DNA of 64,000 nt from Podarcis cretensis (GCA_951804945.1 OX638149.1:27776001-27840000), one strand, 5' to 3'. Numbered from the stretch's first letter, positions 11,325 through 24,735 are shown. The notes: generated by a model not told the origin, from the sequence alone. Program-made: numbers and translations.

Positions 11325-13197
11325 TACGTACAATGTGAAGAACTTTATGGACTAATTCAAAACATCAAAACTAAAAACTGAAGTCTCTGAAAGTCTCTGA
11401 AAGTTCTTAAATGAATCACAGTGCCAGACTTTACCCAGCGAAGAGCAAGCTGTGAAGCTTTGTATAATCAGCAATGTCAGATTCTGATGTCCAACTCTGA
11501 ACTCTGCTGAACAGTGTTTCCGGACAACAACTACTGTTTCGTTGAATTCTTCACCAGCCAATTAGTTCAACACTCATGAGTAGAAAGATATGTAATTTCT
11601 TCATTAACCAAACTTTTTTGAATAGATATAATATACATGAGAATAAAAAATACTCTGGAACAGTGCTCATGCGATTCCATGCACTAAATGCCAGGCCAGG
11701 GATTTTGGAGGACTCTGATAGAAGCAGGAGTAGAAATTCCTGATATTCACTTATTTGTCCTATGTCTGGAACAGAAAACAATCCTGCAAATACATCAATA
11801 TTTGCTGCTGCTGTTGCTTTCAGTCTGCAAAAAAAAAAAAAAAAAGCATAATGGATGACATTTGTTGCCCGTTAGCATTGTGTTTCCTTTGCACTGGAAT
11901 GAATGGGAGTGGGGTAAAGTAATGGCAGTGCAATTTACATAATCAGTTGCAGAAATTATGTAGGTGACATAATTTTGAGACAGTGGACAGTGAGATGAAT
12001 AATGCCCTTTTCAGAGGAGGGTAAACTACAGTGGAAATGGAACAGTGCTGCTTGCAACAAATGTAGGGCAGATCAAAAAACTATGCCATTTAATATCCCC
12101 AGCCCGGTCTCACATTTCATATAGCCATTGGTATCATAACTAAACACAAGGACAGGCTTTCACTCTCAAATAATAGTAAGACACACTTAACTACAGCAAA
12201 TATTACACATTCCCAATGAGGTGTTATTTGGTGCAGGCCATATCTTTAGCACAGAAGCTCGTTGCAATTTCTATTCCTTCAAATGTATTTGTTATCATGC
12301 ACCCATGTGCCTATCTTAAATTAGGCTGCCATGGAGATGAAGAGAGCTATTCATATGCCTTCTCAGTTTAATTTCCCCTTTCTCCTAATTTTTGCAATAC
12401 TTTCTTTGGTAGTCCTCAAAGACTGAAATCCAATACAAACAAAAATGCTTTTAGAGAGATTATTCAACCTATAATGTCAAATTCAATAAACTCAGGCAAC
12501 ATTATTTATAAGAGGAGAGAAGGAAATGATGCCCCAAATTTCAAGTATTTTCAGAGATGCTCCGAGTTGAAAATTAAGGATGCATTATTGAAGCACTGAG
12601 AAACCAAATTGTTATTCAGAAAATGGAACTAACATAATGATTTTTCCATCTGGCATATTTATTCTGAATCCAATGGTCATTAATAAATCTAAACCCAGGG
12701 GAACTGAAGGCACATTTGGGGGTAAACGCCTACCGTTATTTGTTGAGAGAAGCTAAAATTGAGATCTTCAGAAAAATATAGTTAGTTACAAATCATGCTG
12801 CCTTCTTCAATGCCCAATTGAGCTGTATAAATTAGTGTATGTGAAGCAAAAATACAAATATTAGCTAAGGTAGGCTACACATACCATGTACTCTGGCTTG
12901 TTTGCATCTACTGCAGAGTTTGTGGTTTGTCTTTTTTACAAAAATGATATTGCATTGCTATATATTGGCACATGAGGATGGGAAGGATTCAGTCATGTAA
13001 TTGTTTTGGTGGAAAGCTGAATGGAGTCATTTCACTCTTACAGAAATGCATTCTACCACCCTGAGCATGCCCAGAGGCCTCAGATGAAGGGGAGCAGGCC
13101 ATTGGGAGAATAGGGTGCTGGACTAAAATAGCCATTGGACTGATCCAGTCGACTCTTCTTATGTTCTTAAGACTCCCAAGAATTCTGCATTATCTTG

Positions 13198-13805
13198 TGT
13201 CAGGGACTGGCTGGATGAGGAAGAGTGGTGGAAGCCACACACCCAAGAGCCCCCCCCCCCCCAGGGAAGACACAGAAGACTTAGATGCTGGAGCCTGGTG
13301 GTGGGACACTGGCCACACCTCAGAAGTGGGGATGAGCTGGGAGATACTAGAAGCAGAGAGCTTGAGGGATAGTGAAGAGGCAGAAATAGGCAGGTGGCCC
13401 AGCACAGGCCAGGGTTATGAGGTTTCCTGTTTGGATGCAGGCACCGACAGCGATGACAGAGGGGAGCCAGACCCTGCAGTTCTCCCATGGATCTCCTGCT
13501 CCACTTATTCCTAGAATGTGACAAATGTTACATATTGCCAAACAACTAGCTAGGTAGGTACAGAGGGAGGCTCCTGGGGTTTGCTGTAGCAGAGGATCAC
13601 AGAGGGAGAGGCCCTGACTCAGAGGGCTAGAGAGCATAGGAAGGGCTGCATGACAGTTCAAACAACTGCTTCATAAAAGGGCTTGCCTTTACGAGCATCC
13701 TTCAATTTTTTTCTTACCTTAATAAAGAAACTAAGTGCAAGTTAGCCTCATTTCTCTCTCTCTCTGACCTATGGATGACCAGCTCTGCCTGTAGGCTCTG
13801 CTACA
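13198..13805 (+). mobile_element. Solo LTR, 608 bp
   Basis: TGTCAGGGACTG...GCTACA; 5-bp TSD tcttg at 13193-13197 and 13806-13810; CATAAAA at about 13672 and AATAAA at 13721. Confidence 0.8.
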
Positions 13806-13829
13806 TCTTGATTCTCCACCATGAGGAGG

Positions 13830-14040
13830 CTTCAATGCACATTGCACATTTAAAAATTGCTTTGAAAATATGTGTATATTTGGGGAAATTGCGTGCAAAA
13901 ATGTGTATATTCACAATTCACATTTTAATGATGACAATGACTAAAAAAAAAAATACAAACTAATATGGAAATGCAAACTGAATTTGGAAGGAACAAAAAA
14001 CTGGGAGAAACAAAAAATGACAGATTTGCCCATTCATAAA
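13830..14040. mobile_element. Ancient AT-rich repeat family with TAGGGATG-like ends (probably hAT)
   Basis: Shared aaatgtgtatatt..gaaactg..gacagatttgccc blocks also at about 4250-4410, 26090-26465, 36590-37080, 45760-46200, 49860-50532 and 57800-58050. Confidence 0.5.
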
Positions 14041-15625
14041 ACTCTCTCTCTCTGTACATGTGCAGCAAACATGTGCTACAATTCTCTAAGATATTGAAAT
14101 TATTTCATCACTAAGCACTTCCAGCAACATTTAGCAAGGCTTATGGATGATAAGATATAAAATATATTTTCTATTCAGTGGGAAGGGGGGAAAGGACTTT
14201 GTTTAAAGAGAGCCAAGAGAAAGACTTAATAATCCCCCCCAAGAGATAAATCATCTTGGTCATGTAATTAACTCAAAATTACAATGGCAATAAAGGTACA
14301 GTTAAATTCTTATTGACACATTAAAATTGTGTGGAAATGTTAATACATTTAATTGGCATTTAACTAGGTAGCTGCAGCTAGTTAATTATATATCAATTTA
14401 CATACTTAATAAATGCCAGAACATTTAACGATTATGCCCACGCCCATCAGAAAAGGGATATATATTATTGGATCTCTCTGCTACTGTTGCATTACCTGCA
14501 ACCTCTGTGGAACTTACAGCCATATTGTGCAGCCTGAACAGAAATCTAAAAGAGAAGCTGTGGCTTTTAAGGTGCTGGTGTTTTCTTATCCTAAAGACTG
14601 GTACAACAAGGAAATGGGATACACATTGTCCCTTAAGTGTTTGTAGGAATCAAGAAACTATTTGTTCACAGGGTGGACCACCCATGTAGCCAGTTGGACG
14701 TGTACAACTGCTTTGGAGACTATACTTTCTGGGAACTAATAACCTATTCTGTCCGAGAATGAAGATGTTGTGCTTCATGCAGAAGAATTGTCTGCACTGC
14801 TCACCTATTGGTGGTGCTTCTCTATTCAACAACTCAAAGTGAAATTTTGATGGAATGTTAACAGTTCAAACAATACAAAACTTGGCTCTGATCATTCTGA
14901 CATCCATAAGGAAATTTACGATACATGCTTCTCCCAAAATAAGGTAGTTCTCATTATTTCTGAAGTTGTGTAGAAGAAGGCTAAAATATTCCCTGTGACT
15001 CATCAAATTATGCAATGCCACATTTCCTGCCAATATCCCTTACATTTAACCAGTACTTGAAGAGGACAGCCTGAGCCATTGCCAGCCCGAGCAGAGGCTG
15101 GACCCGAGCTCCTACCCGATCACTCCACTGTGGCGCTGCTGGTTCTGCGGCACAGCGCCCTCCGGAGGTTGCATGTGCCCCTCCAACCCCCAACCCCCAT
15201 AAAACATTTTTTTTTTAAAAAAAGACCCAAACCAGACATTTCCTTAAAAATGTAAAAATCCTCCCCAATGGGCATGTTAACACCACAAAAGAGGGCATGT
15301 CCAGGTTTTCCTTGACATATGGCAACCCTAACTTCACCCGAAATTATGCAAACCTCCAAATACAATAGGCACATCAATATGTGAAATGCACATGCAACAA
15401 ATATTCTTGCATATGAATGGAATTTCAAATTCTACCAGAATGGTCTTAATCAAGGTGTTGGGGTGGGTGTTGGGGCACGGCAGTTGAAGCAGTGCTTGAA
15501 TTCAATCAGACTGCTAGTGAAAGACTCCTTCTGAAAACATTTAGATATGTACAGTGCCCACATCATTTTATATTATTTCAATCATCCTTACAGTAAAAAA
15601 TGTCGATTTTACTCCTATAATGCAG

Positions 15626-16020
15626 TGTTGCAGCCTCCATAGTGAAGTATGTTCTGTACTGACCCACCCAGGCTGACCACTAGATCTTTCCAGGCTGGGA
15701 GGATTATAAACAGCTTACTTCTCTCGCTGAACCTTCTTTGAGCAACTATTTTTTCATGAGCTTTGGAATGTTCCTGTATTGTTGGTTGTTCTTCAGTCTT
15801 GACCCCTGGCTTGTTCTTCTTGGTTTATCCTCTGGTTTTGACTTGCTCTTCAGTCCTGGCTCTTGGGCTTATTCTTGCTTCTTGACTTGTCCTCCAGTCC
15901 TTTCTTGCTCTTTTGTTCTGACTTCTGGCTTGACTCATTACACTTATCAGTTCAGAGCGTTGACCTGTTTTGTTACTTGGCTTTTTACTTCAGAGTGCTG
16001 CCCATGGCCTAACCCAGACA
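15626..16020 (+). mobile_element. Possible solo LTR
   Basis: TGTTG...CAGACA flanked by gcag/gcag (4 bp); TATAAA at about 15705, then a pyrimidine-rich ttgact/ctgact repeat region. Confidence 0.45.
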
Positions 16021-16635
16021 GCAGACTAGAAATAAGTACAGCACAGAGCACTAGAGCACATACTTTTCGGATTGACTTGTGACAGCACACACTTCCCATG
16101 ACCTCACAAATTCATGACTAAGATGAGAGATTTGAACTGAGGGTTGTCCAGCTCATAATCTTAATCGTTGCTCTGCATTAGCTATACAAGGAATATTATT
16201 CTCCAAAACTCTGGACCAACTTTGATAACAGACTTAAATAACAAGACAACACAAAATTAATGAGTTTTCAAAGTTGCATGGAATGGCTTAACCAGTGTCC
16301 TTAAAAACCAAGTAGAAGCGTGCAGTAGCAAAATGTTTAGCAATTAAAAATGGAATTTTGACCTCCACCGAGGTCAAATGAGCAACCTCATGAAACTTCC
16401 ACTCAGCACAACAGTTTAATTATAAGTCTATAACCTATGAAAACAAGTGGGAATACTCTGTTGCTTATGTACAAAGGGCAACAAAAGGGCTGTGTCTCAA
16501 AGGATAACAGAAGGGCTAATTTGCATGCTGTGCCTTCATGACAGCCACTCTGAATAAGGCAAATGTACAAGGTTTTGTTGGAATCCACCACCAAAACAAT
16601 CAGACTTATCCTTGTGTGTGTCCATGCTTTGATGC

Positions 16636-17105
16636 TGTCAGGCTTCAGGGAATCCAGTCCCTCCCACAGTGGCAGCCAAGAAGCAGATAAACAAAAAACA
16701 GTTCTTACCCAGTAATTTATTCACTATGCACAGAGAGAGACGAAGGAATGCAGTCTACCTATGATAACGGCATTGCTCCAAGTAAAGTCCCACCCCCTCC
16801 ATCTCTCCTATTCTACGTCACCCCTGTGTTGGCTAATCTGAGCTTTCTGCCTTTGAGTTTTCTGTTCCACTACTCTCAATGCACACCTGATCCTGGGGGG
16901 GGGGGGGTCAGGAATGCTGTCCAAGGACACTGAGTCTGTCAGCTGTCTCTCCCCTGGTGCTTCTTCTTCCTGCTGTTCCTCTTCCAATATTTCCCAGCTT
17001 CTCCCCTCTGCAGCCTCTGAACTATGCCATTCTGCAAACCACTGTTCTAAATCTATACTGCCCTCCTTTTCTTAGGAATGTTCCTCCTCAGTCCAGCCCC
17101 TGACA
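16636..17105 (-). mobile_element. Solo LTR, 470 bp, same family as 55908-56392
   Basis: TGTCA...TGACA termini; TSD gatgc at 16631-16635 and 17106-17110; AATAAA on the minus strand at 16716-16721. Confidence 0.87.
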
Positions 17106-18141
17106 GATGCATTCATTGAGCTCTTACCTGATAAAGAGATCCTATATTGGGTCCAGTCTTTGGGGAAGTTCTCTGCATGCATCACTGTTGCATGCTTAGA
17201 CTTTCCTCAATATTAGAATGAATGGGGGAAGTCTACTGAGAGCTCCATTAACACACCAGGAGGCCTACAGAATTATAGACGGAGATCAATGTATGTGAGA
17301 ACAGAGAAACCATTCTATATGCATTAATTTCTTATCTGATTCCAGATTTATTTCCTCCAGCTCCACAATAATCACACTGTTTAATACCTTTCAGGGAATT
17401 GCCCCCAATATCCAGCTATTACTTGGAAAGTACTGAAATGAATGACATTGCTATGTAGTTGAGTATTAAAGAGACATTTGTAAAGAAATAAGGCCAAATT
17501 CCTCTGTTCAGTTAATGTGGCTTAACTGTTGGTTAAGAGTGGAGTTAATGGCAATCAATGTAATGGAAAACGAAATTTGCCCTTGAAATGTAAATGTTAC
17601 AATCTTGCAAAGTATCTCAGACATTCCTCTATAAAGTCACTGCAACACTTTCTCATGCTAATCAAAATTTTATTTACATTTAAAAATAATCCTTTTAATG
17701 AAGCGCCTACCAGTTTCAAATATCACCAGCATTGAATGTTCAAACTGAAAAAGTACAAACTGCATAGCATGCAAATTTTTCACAAGAAGAAGGTAGAGAT
17801 TAGTTCACCCCCTGACTTTTAAGATATATTAATAAGGCATGGCTTGATGATTGCATTGCTGAAAGTATAATATGGTTAACAAAGAACTTTTTTTATCTTC
17901 TACATAATCATTGGAATAAGAAATGCTTTTAAAAATGTTTCTAGCCCTTATGACTTTGAAGAAAAGCCTGCAATCATTAGTATATTTTCATATATATTTT
18001 TAAGGATACATCAGATGTTGATCAAAATAATGGGCTGCATTCAACTAACTGGGCCTGCTAGCAGAAGACCATGCAAGGACTTCTGTTAGCTCAACCGGGC
18101 TTTCCTCCCTCTTCTCCCCTGTGCATGCCCCCAAATTAGGT

Positions 18142-18448
18142 CAGGGGCGGAGGAAGGGGGTGCAGTAGGTGCGGGCCACCCCGGGTGTCACCACTGAGGG
18201 GGTGACAAAATGCCGGGTGGCACACACCGCGGGGCCTGCAGCGTGCCCAGGCCACACGTCTTGCCTGGGAGAGACGCGGTGCCATGGGCGCGTGCAGGCT
18301 CCACGCTGCCCAAACTGTCAGCCCACTGCCTCCCCCCCAGCTGTAGGGCAGCTGAGTGGGAGGAGGCAGGCAGACTCTGAAGGCCTCACAGTGAGCCCCG
18401 CTCCTAGGCGCGCTGCCTCAGTCACCCAAGCTGCTTCCTCCGACGCTG
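18142..18448. mobile_element. GC/CpG-rich hAT MITE
   Basis: TIRs caggggcggaggaa / ttcctccgacgctg; 8-bp TSD aattaggt / gattaggt. Confidence 0.8.
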
Positions 18449-18737
18449 GATTAGGTTGGGAGATCAAGACAACCCCCAGAAAATGCCTAGGAGGAAGGGG
18501 ATGATTGTATCAGGCAAGCAGAGATGCTTGCGCTCTGGGAGCAATCTCCTTAATGCTATGTTGAATTTTATTTTTTTCAGATCATATTGATTTTTGTTGT
18601 TGGGGTTTTTTTTTACAGCACAACATTTCCAGGATCCTATGTTAATATCTGGTGTGTGTGTGTTGTTAGGAGTGCGGATAGAGAGAACACTGCCAGCAGT
18701 GATGGATTTTACTGTCACAGAGTCCCAAACTTTGCCT

Positions 18738-19036
18738 TGTCCCAGTATACCTGAAGGAGCATCTTCTCTCCCATCATTCAGGCTAGACACTGAGGTCCTC
18801 CTCCAAGGGTCTTCTGCTGGTTCCCTCACTGCAAGAAGCAAGGGAACCAGGCAAAGCACCTTTTCGATAGTGTTACCCACCCTGTGGAATGCCCTCCCTT
18901 CAGATGTCAAGAAAATAAACAACTATCTGACTTTTAGAATACATCTGAAGGCAGCTCTGTTTAGAGAAGTTTTAAATGTTTGATGTTTTAGTGTGTTCTG
19001 ATATATGCTGTGAGCTGTCCAGAGTGGATGGGGAGC
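18738..19036 (+). mobile_element. L2-clade LINE 3' fragment
   Basis: Encodes GTRQSTFSIVLPTLWNALPSDVK..FRIHLKAALF. Confidence 0.8.
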
Positions 19037-19394
19037 AGCAAGCCACTGATAGTTTTCTCACTAGCAGTACCCAGCATTGAGCCCTGAAATGGAGTATTCA
19101 GGGTTGGGTGGGTAAATGCACTTTGGAACCTCTGAAAACAAACCTCCAGGGATCTTCATGGATCCAGACCCATTAGGCCCCTCACCCACACCAACCTGAA
19201 ACTGGTGGAGCAAGTGTTTTTTGTTTGTCTGGTTGTTGTTTTTTAAAACACACACACACACACACACACTGCTGCCCTGGCACAAACAGAAAGACTTTGG
19301 ATATGGCTATCTACTTATGACAGTGATGATAAGTGGGTGGGTGATAGGGTGAATAAGGACTTAAGGTACGGTAACCAATTTTATTTATTGCATT

Positions 19395-19960
19395 TATCCC
19401 CTTTTCCTCCATGGAGCTCAAGGGTTCTCCCCCTGCTTGTTTAATGTCCACAATAACCTTGTGAGGTAGTTTAGACTGAGACAGAGTAACTGGCCCAATT
19501 TCACCCAGTGAGCTTTGTGGCCAATTAGGGATTCAAATGGGACGCAGGTGGCGCTGTGGGTTAAAGCCTCAGCGCCTAGGACTTGCCGATCGAAAGGTCG
19601 GCGGTTCGAATCCCTGCGGCGGGGTGCGCTCCCGCTGCTCGGTCCCAGCGCCTGCCAACCTAGCAGTTCGAAAGCACCTCTGGGTGCAAGTAGATAAATA
19701 GGGACCGCTTACCAGCGGGAAGGTAAATGGCGTTTCCATGTGCGGCTCTGGCTCTGGCCAGAGCAGCGATGTCACGCTGGCCACGTGACCCGGAAGTGTC
19801 TCCGGACAGCGCTGGCCCCTGGCCTCTTAAGTGAGATGGGCACACAACCCCAGAGTCTGTCAAGACTGGCCCGTACGGGCAGGGGTACCTTTACCTTTAC
19901 CTAGGGATTCAAAACTCTGGTCTCCTGGGTCCTAGTCCAATGCTCTAACCGCATTGGCTC
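19395..19960 (-). mobile_element. Old MIR/CORE-like SINE interrupted by a Sauria SINE
   Basis: caataaccttgtgaggtag..ctgagacagagtaactggccca..tcacccagtgagc, resuming after the insert as ggtctcctgggtcctagtccaatgctctaacc. Confidence 0.55.
19539..19901 (+). mobile_element. Full-length Sauria SINE, young
   Basis: Near-identical to 447-810; TSD tagggattcaaa at 19526-19537 and 19902-19913. Confidence 0.95.
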
Positions 19961-19992
19961 ATATAACCACATGTAACTGGAACAATAGCATA

Positions 19993-20179
19993 CAGTGGTA
20001 CCTATGGTTGTGGACAGGATCCGTTCCGGAGGTCCAGTCGGATCCCGAGGGTTCAGCAGCCTGAGGACTGCTTCTGCGCATGTGTGCATGGTGAAACCTG
20101 GTAAAATACTTCCAGGTTTGCTGCACTTGCATCCCAAAGTTTATGTAACCAGAAGGTTACGTAAACGGAGGTTTGATTG
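19993..20179. mobile_element. Tc1/mariner-type MITE, variant subfamily
   Basis: TA-cagtggtacct..cgttccggagg...ggaggtttgattg-TA. Confidence 0.7.
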
Positions 20180-20589
20180 TATTCTTTCCCTATTTATCCC
20201 TGTCTCCACTTCCCTTCCCTATGTTCTTGTTTCCCCTATGTCAAATTTTACATTGTAAGCCCATTGGGGCAGGGATCTGCCCTTAACTACCCCACATTCC
20301 TTGATGGCACCATATAGATACTGTATTGCATTGTCATTTCAGCTTATTGGTTGACTGATGCCCTTACCAGCAGGTGTCATTTGATGATGGCTGAAGCAGA
20401 AGGTGGCTGGAAATGCCTGTGTATATTCCTGGGTATTCATGTGACTCTTTCCCACATCCAGTAACTTTTGGTGGTCAAATCTATGTGGAAGAGTTTTATC
20501 TACAGAATTTCCCTGTACGCTGGACTTCAATGCAATCACATATTTGATAAAGTGTGTGTGTGTGTGTGTAACTGCTTATGGGAAGTCTA

Positions 20590-20882
20590 CTGCCCGGACA
20601 CTGAGGTCCAGTGCCGAGGGCCTTCTGGTGGTTCCCTCGCTGTGAGAAGCCAAGTTTCAGGGAACCAGGCAGAGGGCCTTCTCAGTAGTGGCACCCGCCC
20701 TGTGGAACGCCCTCCCAACAGATGTCAAAGAGAAAAACAACTACCAGACTTTTAGAAGACATCTGAAGGCAGCCCTCTTTAGGGAAGCTTTTAATGTTTA
20801 ATATGTTATTGTATTTTAATATTCTGTTGGAAGCCACTCAGACTGGCTGGGGAAACCCAGCCAGATGGCTGTGGTATAAATA

Positions 20883-20934
<52 letters not shown>

Positions 20935-20963
20935 TCCCCAGCCAATCTGGGTGGCTTCCAACA

Positions 20964-21007
<44 letters not shown>

Positions 21008-21008
21008 T
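20590..21008 (+). mobile_element. L2-clade LINE 3' end with rearranged (TTA)n tail
   Basis: gggaaccaggcagagggccttctc..ctgtggaacgccctccc..gacatctgaaggcagccct; the (TTA)n tail is split by an inverted 31-mer. Confidence 0.85.
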
Positions 21009-22087
21009 ACTGGAAAATGGCACATGACACAATGGATCCTGTCAGACAACCCAGTGCTATGTTAGTACTATTGAGTGGTGACTGAATCAACTGAGGGGGA
21101 GAAATAATAAACTTGAAAATTCATTAGACTGAGATTAAGCTTAACTTCCAATGGATCTCAAGGGAGAATTAAATCTCAGAGTTGCCACACATGGGAACTT
21201 TAATAAGAAATATGCATGGTGAACAAACAATGGTAAAAGGCACGCTGAGTAATAAAGCAGTCTTTCTGTTTTCTATTTGCAGTGGAAACGATAAATAGTC
21301 TTGATACTTAGCTACCATGTCTTTGTGCTGATCATACATTGCAGACAAGTAATTTGCACAGTATCAATATTTTTTTGGTTTTGATCCAGTGTCATCAGCA
21401 TTATTTCAAGACAAGAGGTATTAAAGTAATTAGATTTTTAATTGATTTTTTTGCTTATTTTTTTTCTTCAGTAGAGGAAATTCGTCAATGTTCATTTTGC
21501 AAATGAGCTAACAATGTTTTTTAAACGCTGACCTCTGGGAAGGAGGAGGAGGACTAAGGTCAATATTAATCAGTTCATTAGCACATTAATAGGACCGTGG
21601 ATTTCATTGTAAAGAGCAGGTAAGTTCGCTGCCAACACCCATGAATAGGCTGTAGTCCAAAACATGAAATGTATATTCCAGACGCACAAACAAAGCTGGA
21701 GGAGGCAGTTTTCATTAAAGGGTTCAATTCTAGTAATATAGGAAGAGGTTAATATAAAAGTACTTGAACATAAGAAGAGCTCTGTTGGATCCGGCTGAAG
21801 GCCCATGAGCTGGCAAGGCTCATTTGACAGCAGCAAGAAACTTAGGCTTTAGTGTCATCAGCCCAGTCCTGTGGAATGCTCTGCCAATACAGATTCAGCA
21901 AACACCTTCTGTTTTCAGTTTTAAGTCCCTGTTGAAAACCTTTCTTTGCTGCCAAGCATACACTGGCAATAAAGAAAACACCCTTCTGTAGTAGTTAGTT
22001 AATCTCTGATTTTAAAATTTTGTATTTTTATTGTATGGTTTTAACTTGTGATTGTTGTAAATTACTCTGATTTTTTTAAATTAATAA

Positions 22088-22125
<38 letters not shown>

Positions 22126-23137
22126 AACAGGTGTACCAAGTTCCCAGGGATCAGTAATCTGTCCTCCTCACAGCACCTATGCTGTACAGAAAAAAATCTC
22201 ATTTTTGTTTATCATTCTCCATTAATTAATGTGAAAATAAATTGATTTTTTAAAAAATCAGTGAGAGAAAATGGTGAACTTATCATGAAAGGGATGGAGG
22301 GTTTTGTTGTGTATACCCTACTTTCCAGGTGGTCAAACTGGCTTTACATGTTTCATGTAATTCATTCTATACATCTTCATTCATTCTATACACAATGTTG
22401 CAAGCACTTTGCAGCCCTCCTGGGTGCTCGCTTATATTTTCTGAAAAATTCATTGCATCCTAAGCTGAAAGTCCTATAAGCACAGGATACAGGGAGCTTG
22501 TCTGCCGTGCACCAGATATATGTTTGTTTTTGGTATTTTTGGTTGAGGTTTTTAATTTTTAAAGAAACCCGTGCAGGTTGTTTAAACAAAAAAACAAAAC
22601 AGGTTAACAGAAAGGACTTCCATTAAAAATAGAATCAGCAAGTGCATTGATCTCAGGCACTTCACAGCCAGTCTCTCTAAAGCTCAGAAGGAGATATTGT
22701 GAAATAGCTCTTGCCATGGGACATTTATCGGATCAGGAAGTGCAGGCAGCCAGTGAGACAGCAGAGTTCTGAAGGGACATATGCCACTGGAAACTGAATA
22801 GTCTATCTCAGGGATGTCCAACTCCCAAGACACTGTGATCTACTCTCAGAATAAATAAAAAAAACTGGCCGTGGTCTACCCATGGGGGGAGAGAGAGTTC
22901 AGAGTTAAGTTCAGGCCAGGCCAAAATTACTGAGTATTTTTAGAGGACACGTCAAAGTTGCTGAGCTTTTTTTTAGGGGGGCAGGCAAACACTGTTGAGC
23001 TTTTATGGGGGGAAGTTATTTCGCTTTTGGGGGGCAGGCCATAAATCGCTCACCAAAAAATAAACCAGGCAGTGAGAACTCCGTCTTCTGTTTTAACAAT
23101 CGTGCGCGAATGAAGGACAGAGCAAAGGGGTGGGGCG

Positions 23138-23138
23138 A

Positions 23139-23180
<42 letters not shown>

Positions 23181-23466
23181 TTATTATTATTTGTACCCCA
23201 CCCATCTGGTTTCCACAGAAACCAAAAATACACTAAAATATCACACATTAAAAACTTCCCTGAACAGGGCTGCCTTAAGATGTCTTCTGAATGTCAGGTA
23301 GTTATTTATCACTTTGACATCTGCTGGAAGGGCGTTCCACAGGGCGGGCACCACTACCGAGAAGGCCCTCTGCCTGGTTCCCTGTAGCTTTGCTTCTTGC
23401 AATGAGGGAACCGGCAGAAGGCCCTCGGCGCTGGATCTCAGCGTCCGGGCAGAACGATGGGGGGAT
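23138..23466 (-). mobile_element. L2-clade LINE 3' end
   Basis: ORF 23241-23486 RTLRSSAEGLL..GTRQRAFSVVVPALWNALP; (TAA)n tail. Confidence 0.85.
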
Positions 23467-24149
23467 ACATTCATTCTACGGTTCATTTCTCCCTCAGGGA
23501 CAAAAATAAGCCCACGGTTGATTGGTTGGACATCCCTGGTCTATCTGGTTCAGTATTGCCTCTCTGCTGACTAGCGCACCTCTCCAGGATTCCATGCTGA
23601 AGTCCTTCCCAGCCCTACCTGGAGATGCTGTGGAGTGGGTGAGGGACCGTCTGCATTTAAAGCAGTTGCTCTGCCACTGAGCTATAGGCCTTCCCCTTAG
23701 ATCAGGAGCCTCCACTGTGGTAGCCTTAATATTTTTTGGATTACAACTCCCATCAGCCCTAGCCAGCATTGCCAGTGGACGGGAACGATGGGAGTCGCAA
23801 TCCAAAACATAATAATAATATTTTAAAATAATTTTATTGTTTATACCCCACCCATCTGGCTCGCACTACTTGATGGGCCTTTCAACTCATCTGCAGGGCT
23901 CTTCTCATGAAATGGAGAGAGAGTGAATTGCTGCTCTTGTTGGGGTTATTGCGAGTGTGGTAGCCATGGACCCATGGCCTGCAGAGTCCTTCCCTAGCAT
24001 CCACAGGGCTCCCTTCCCATCTGAAATTCTGTTGTAGCTCTGAATAGGTGGCAGTGTATGATTGTTTGCATTGTGTTTGAGTTATAGCTATGACAGGTTA
24101 TCTGGGTTGCAAGTGTGCCTACAGGCCTCAGAAAACTGAGGAGCCCTTC

Positions 24150-24735
24150 TCTTTTTTGTTTGTTTAATGTTTCAAAATGTTTTCCATATAGAATCCAATG
24201 ACATACAGTGGTACCTCAGGTTAAGTACTTAATTCGTTCCGGAGGTCTGTTCTTAACCTGAAACTGTTCTTAAACTGAAGCACCACTTTAGCTAATGGGG
24301 CCTCCTGCTGCCGCCGCACCACCAGAGCACGATTTCTGTTCTCATCCTGAAGCAAAGTTCTTAATCTGAAGCACTATTTCTGGGTTAGCAGAGTCTGTAA
24401 CCTGAAGCGTATGTAACCTGAAGCGTATGTAACCTGAGGTACCACAGTATAACAAAATGCATGTAAAGCCAAGAGAGAGAGCTACACTCCTTTGAAGTGA
24501 AAGTAAAAAACCAGGGCAATACTACAGCAATAACAGCATTCAATAAGTGTCCTTCCATAAATCCCCATGCGATGTAGTACGCATTTCCAAACGTCCATCA
24601 AATCAATCTTTAGGGATCTGCAAATATCTTGCTATAGTAAGTCGAGCTGCCACCATGAAATGTATAATCGTATGCTTTGGGGAGAGTCCTGCAATTTTTA
24701 AACATCTGAAAGTCAAAAATCCCTGTGTGGCTTGC
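24150..24735 (-). mobile_element. Old L1-clade 3' fragment with a MITE in its 3' UTR
   Basis: Minus strand IIHFMVAARLTIARYLQ resembles YATAAARILIAKHW of the L1 at 31.2 kb; T-rich tail at about 24150. Confidence 0.55.
24206..24447. mobile_element. Tc1/mariner-type MITE
   Basis: TA-cagtggtacctcaggtta...taacctgaggtaccacag-TA. Confidence 0.9.

Noticed and set aside
10975-11640. Coding-looking sequence around the MITE as a processed pseudogene
   Set aside because: Hand translation in the frames tried gave frequent stops and no recognisable protein; a blastx would settle it.
13159-13661. Four overlapping ORFs
   Set aside because: They lie essentially within a purine-skewed solo LTR and show no recognisable domain.
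18142-18448. CpG-island promoter and 111-aa ORF
   Set aside because: The GC-rich tract is bounded exactly by TIRs and an 8-bp TSD.
20794-21032. Poly-I/L/N ORFs (also 23005-23387, 51445-51732, 54495-54695)
   Set aside because: Translations of trinucleotide microsatellite tails.
21261-21350. Strong splice acceptor tctttctgttttctatttgcag as the start of a coding exon
   Set aside because: All three frames stop within about 30 nt.
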